From Antedon mediterranea (Eukaryota; Animalia; Echinodermata), in contig NC_092670.1 in NCBI RefSeq assembly GCF_964355755.1, positions 20,446,795 to 20,510,794 of the forward strand: a stretch of 64,000 bases of DNA, in the 5' to 3' direction. Numbering within the stretch: the stretch's first letter is position 1; each line of letters opens with the position of its first letter. Position numbers and translations under genes: made by a program. Shown piece by piece: positions 61,588 through 64,000 of this stretch. The notes below the pieces were generated by a model. The model had not been told where the DNA came from, did not search any database, and saw nothing but the letters and a program-made list of their open reading frames with translations.

Positions 61588-64000
61588 GATTTAATTTCTC
61601 TAATTCAACCATTCTCCATCCCAGAATGTCCTTTTATCTCCTCTCCCTGTATCTCTGAAATCTAAGATAATTTTGTAAGCTAGGTTGACATAAAAGATGT
61701 CCAGCAATGTATGGATATTGCTCGTGTATATAGCAATTGACAGGTGTATGTTGGTTTATCAGACGACACATACACAGACAGTAGGTAGCTGCAATTCCGC
61801 CATACTATTTCTGAGAGTAATTTCCTTTTTGTTGATCCAATACGAGCGTATAAATAAGTAAAAATAAAAGTACTTACAATCAGGGCCGTAGCCTTTAGTA
61901 CGGTTGGTGTGGTTTCAACTTGACAACCTTTTCACAGAGGTCTTTGACAACCCAGTGGCTTGAATAGAGATTGTTCTTGCGAAAACTACACCACTTCCTA
62001 TTTCCTGCTAATATGTTTCGAAAACGCCTTGTTTGCATTTTGAAATAGACAAAGAGGTTGTATAATGTATATGTACTGTACTTAAAATATATAACAATAA
62101 CTTTATAGTAGACTTGTGATAGCTGTTTGATTCCGTGGAGACTGTGCACATTTTCACAATTCTCATCAAATTTCTTGAAGATTTTCTGTTTTATAGTGTG
62201 AAATATTACTATTGAGATAGTATTGTAGATTGCTGCATTTTTATATTATATCATTTTTTTTATGTGCAATTTTAAAAAATATTCTGTTATGAATATAAAT
62301 GACAATTGAATTTGTTAACGTCACTGACTTGAATTTCCAAACCACCTAGAATAAAAGAAACCTTGAATTACATATGGAAGTATTAATATCACCAAATATT
62401 GTCAGGAATATTGTGGTTCTTGTCCCAATTTTCCAAAACTACAATACATTAAAATATATAATGTAGCTCTAATAACTGTTTTGAAAAGTAGACTTTTTTA
62501 TAGGATGTAACAAGAGTTAACAAGATAGGATATTATTTTAGAAACTAAATTTAGAAACATTGTTTTTTCTTATGATTTTGTGGTTTTGGTGTATATAGGT
62601 GAACATAAAAATATGTAAATAATAAATATTCAGCCAGTCAATAGAAAGTTACTTCTGTTTACTATGATTCAGCTTAGGTGTTGATGAAAGTGCATCCAAT
62701 CAAAATCCTTTTTTTTTTGGTCAGGATTTTATGTTTCTGTGATAATTTTTATTTCTTGAAGATAAAGGTACTAAAATAAATTCTATTTAAAATAATATAG
62801 TAATTGCAAGTCACAGATAATAAGTTATTACGTTGATATTATTTAGTCTATGTTACTTAGAAGTTTAGTTCTACATTCTATCTCTTTTAATTCTAAAAAA
62901 TCCAGTGCTGGTATATCTTTATCTCAACCAGATGTATAAATAGCCATCTGTTCCTTTGGTCTCTTCATCCATATTTATAAATGGCCACCTGTATGTTTTA
63001 TTTCTCAACCCAGGTTTATAAACAGCCACCTGTATGTAAATCTTTACCCCAGGTGTGTACAAACCAAGAGTATAAATGTGCTTAATCATCTCCACATTCA
63101 GGTGTGTAAATGGGTATACAAGTATAGCATTTGCTAAGAGTAACCAGAGATGAACTGGTGTCCCATTCACAACCACTAGATAACCTTTAAGTAATGGATC
63201 AAATCCAACCTCAGGAAAAAACATTAAATCAGTATTAAAAATAAATGGTAATCTATTTTCCATAAGAACCTTGATATTTCAAACATCTTAATATTTCATG
63301 AAAGTTAAACCATACACTCAGTCTCGTACTTAAGAAATAAACTCTCCTCTTTTTGTATAGATAAAAATATTGTTTATAGGAAAGTTCTTAAATATGATGT
63401 TATTAATAAAAATATGATGATTTGTGATTTGTGAATTTTTCTGAGCAAACTCTTTAAGAAATAAAAAATACCAAACAACCAAGTATTCCGTGGAATAAAT
63501 TTATTAAGTTCAAAACACTAACAAGTAAAATGTTACATTAGAGAAAAGAAGTGATAGAATCGAATACTGTAAATAAAACTATGATTCAAGGTCAATTAAG
63601 TTCTAAATTATATATAAATATATTTGCAGAAATCTTCATAGTAATTGCCAATATTGTTTGTATAGTATACAGCATTCTGAAAGATGTATTCTACATATCA
63701 TCATTCAAAAAAAATTTTTTATACTGTACCACCTTATTATTTTATAATTAAAATATTCCCGAACTTTAATTTGGTCAGATTTCTTCTGTCTGAACAAAAA
63801 CAAACAACACATATCATTTTCTACAGCTCAATTAATATAGCGCCGTTTCTATATATTAATATTATATATTAATTAAGTTGTTATCCAGATGGATTTGAAC
63901 CATGGCAGCCCTTACTAGAAGGTAGGGTGCAGGATTCTGAACCATATACATGTAACACAGGAAGCTTTCAAATGTATGATGACTTAGAAACAACCAAACT

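Noticed and set aside
62919-63263. 114-aa minus-strand ORF
   Set aside because: Overlaps short degenerate repeats (gccacctgtatgt) downstream of GNAV; no recognisable homology.

Overview
AT-rich eukaryotic (metazoan) genomic DNA with spliceosomal GT-AG introns. Gene content (G-alpha-v, ATF7IP) and a Deu-domain SINE suggest a marine invertebrate deuterostome, possibly an echinoderm (inference). Five intron-containing genes were reconstructed by hand with consistent splice phases: the 5' half of HAGH/glyoxalase II (-), TMEM220 (+), ATF7IP/MCAF1 (+), TTC26/IFT56 (-) and G-protein alpha v class GNAV (+). They form two head-to-head pairs (HAGH/TMEM220 and TTC26/GNAV). Introns and intergenic DNA hold many transposon relics: Harbinger-, Kolobok-, Tc1/pogo-, MULE- and Ginger-type MITEs, Helentron-like HINEs, RTE and CR1/L2 fragments, a Deu-SINE, a spliced Ginger integrase relic and a Penelope-like fragment with a hammerhead ribozyme. 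The most notable observations are: (1) a decayed, spliced tandem-OB-fold gene with its own TATA promoter nested antisense in a HAGH intron; (2) a close histone H3K9 mimic (KQFARKSTG) and an in-frame 125-codon multi-exon N-terminal extension in ATF7IP; (3) a sense-strand Penelope hammerhead in an ATF7IP intron; (4) a Ginger-type MITE carrying about 19 TTGCGCAA sites next to the shared IFT56/Gv promoter. No searches were run, so all identifications rest on motif recognition. No prokaryotic-type system such as CRISPR is present.
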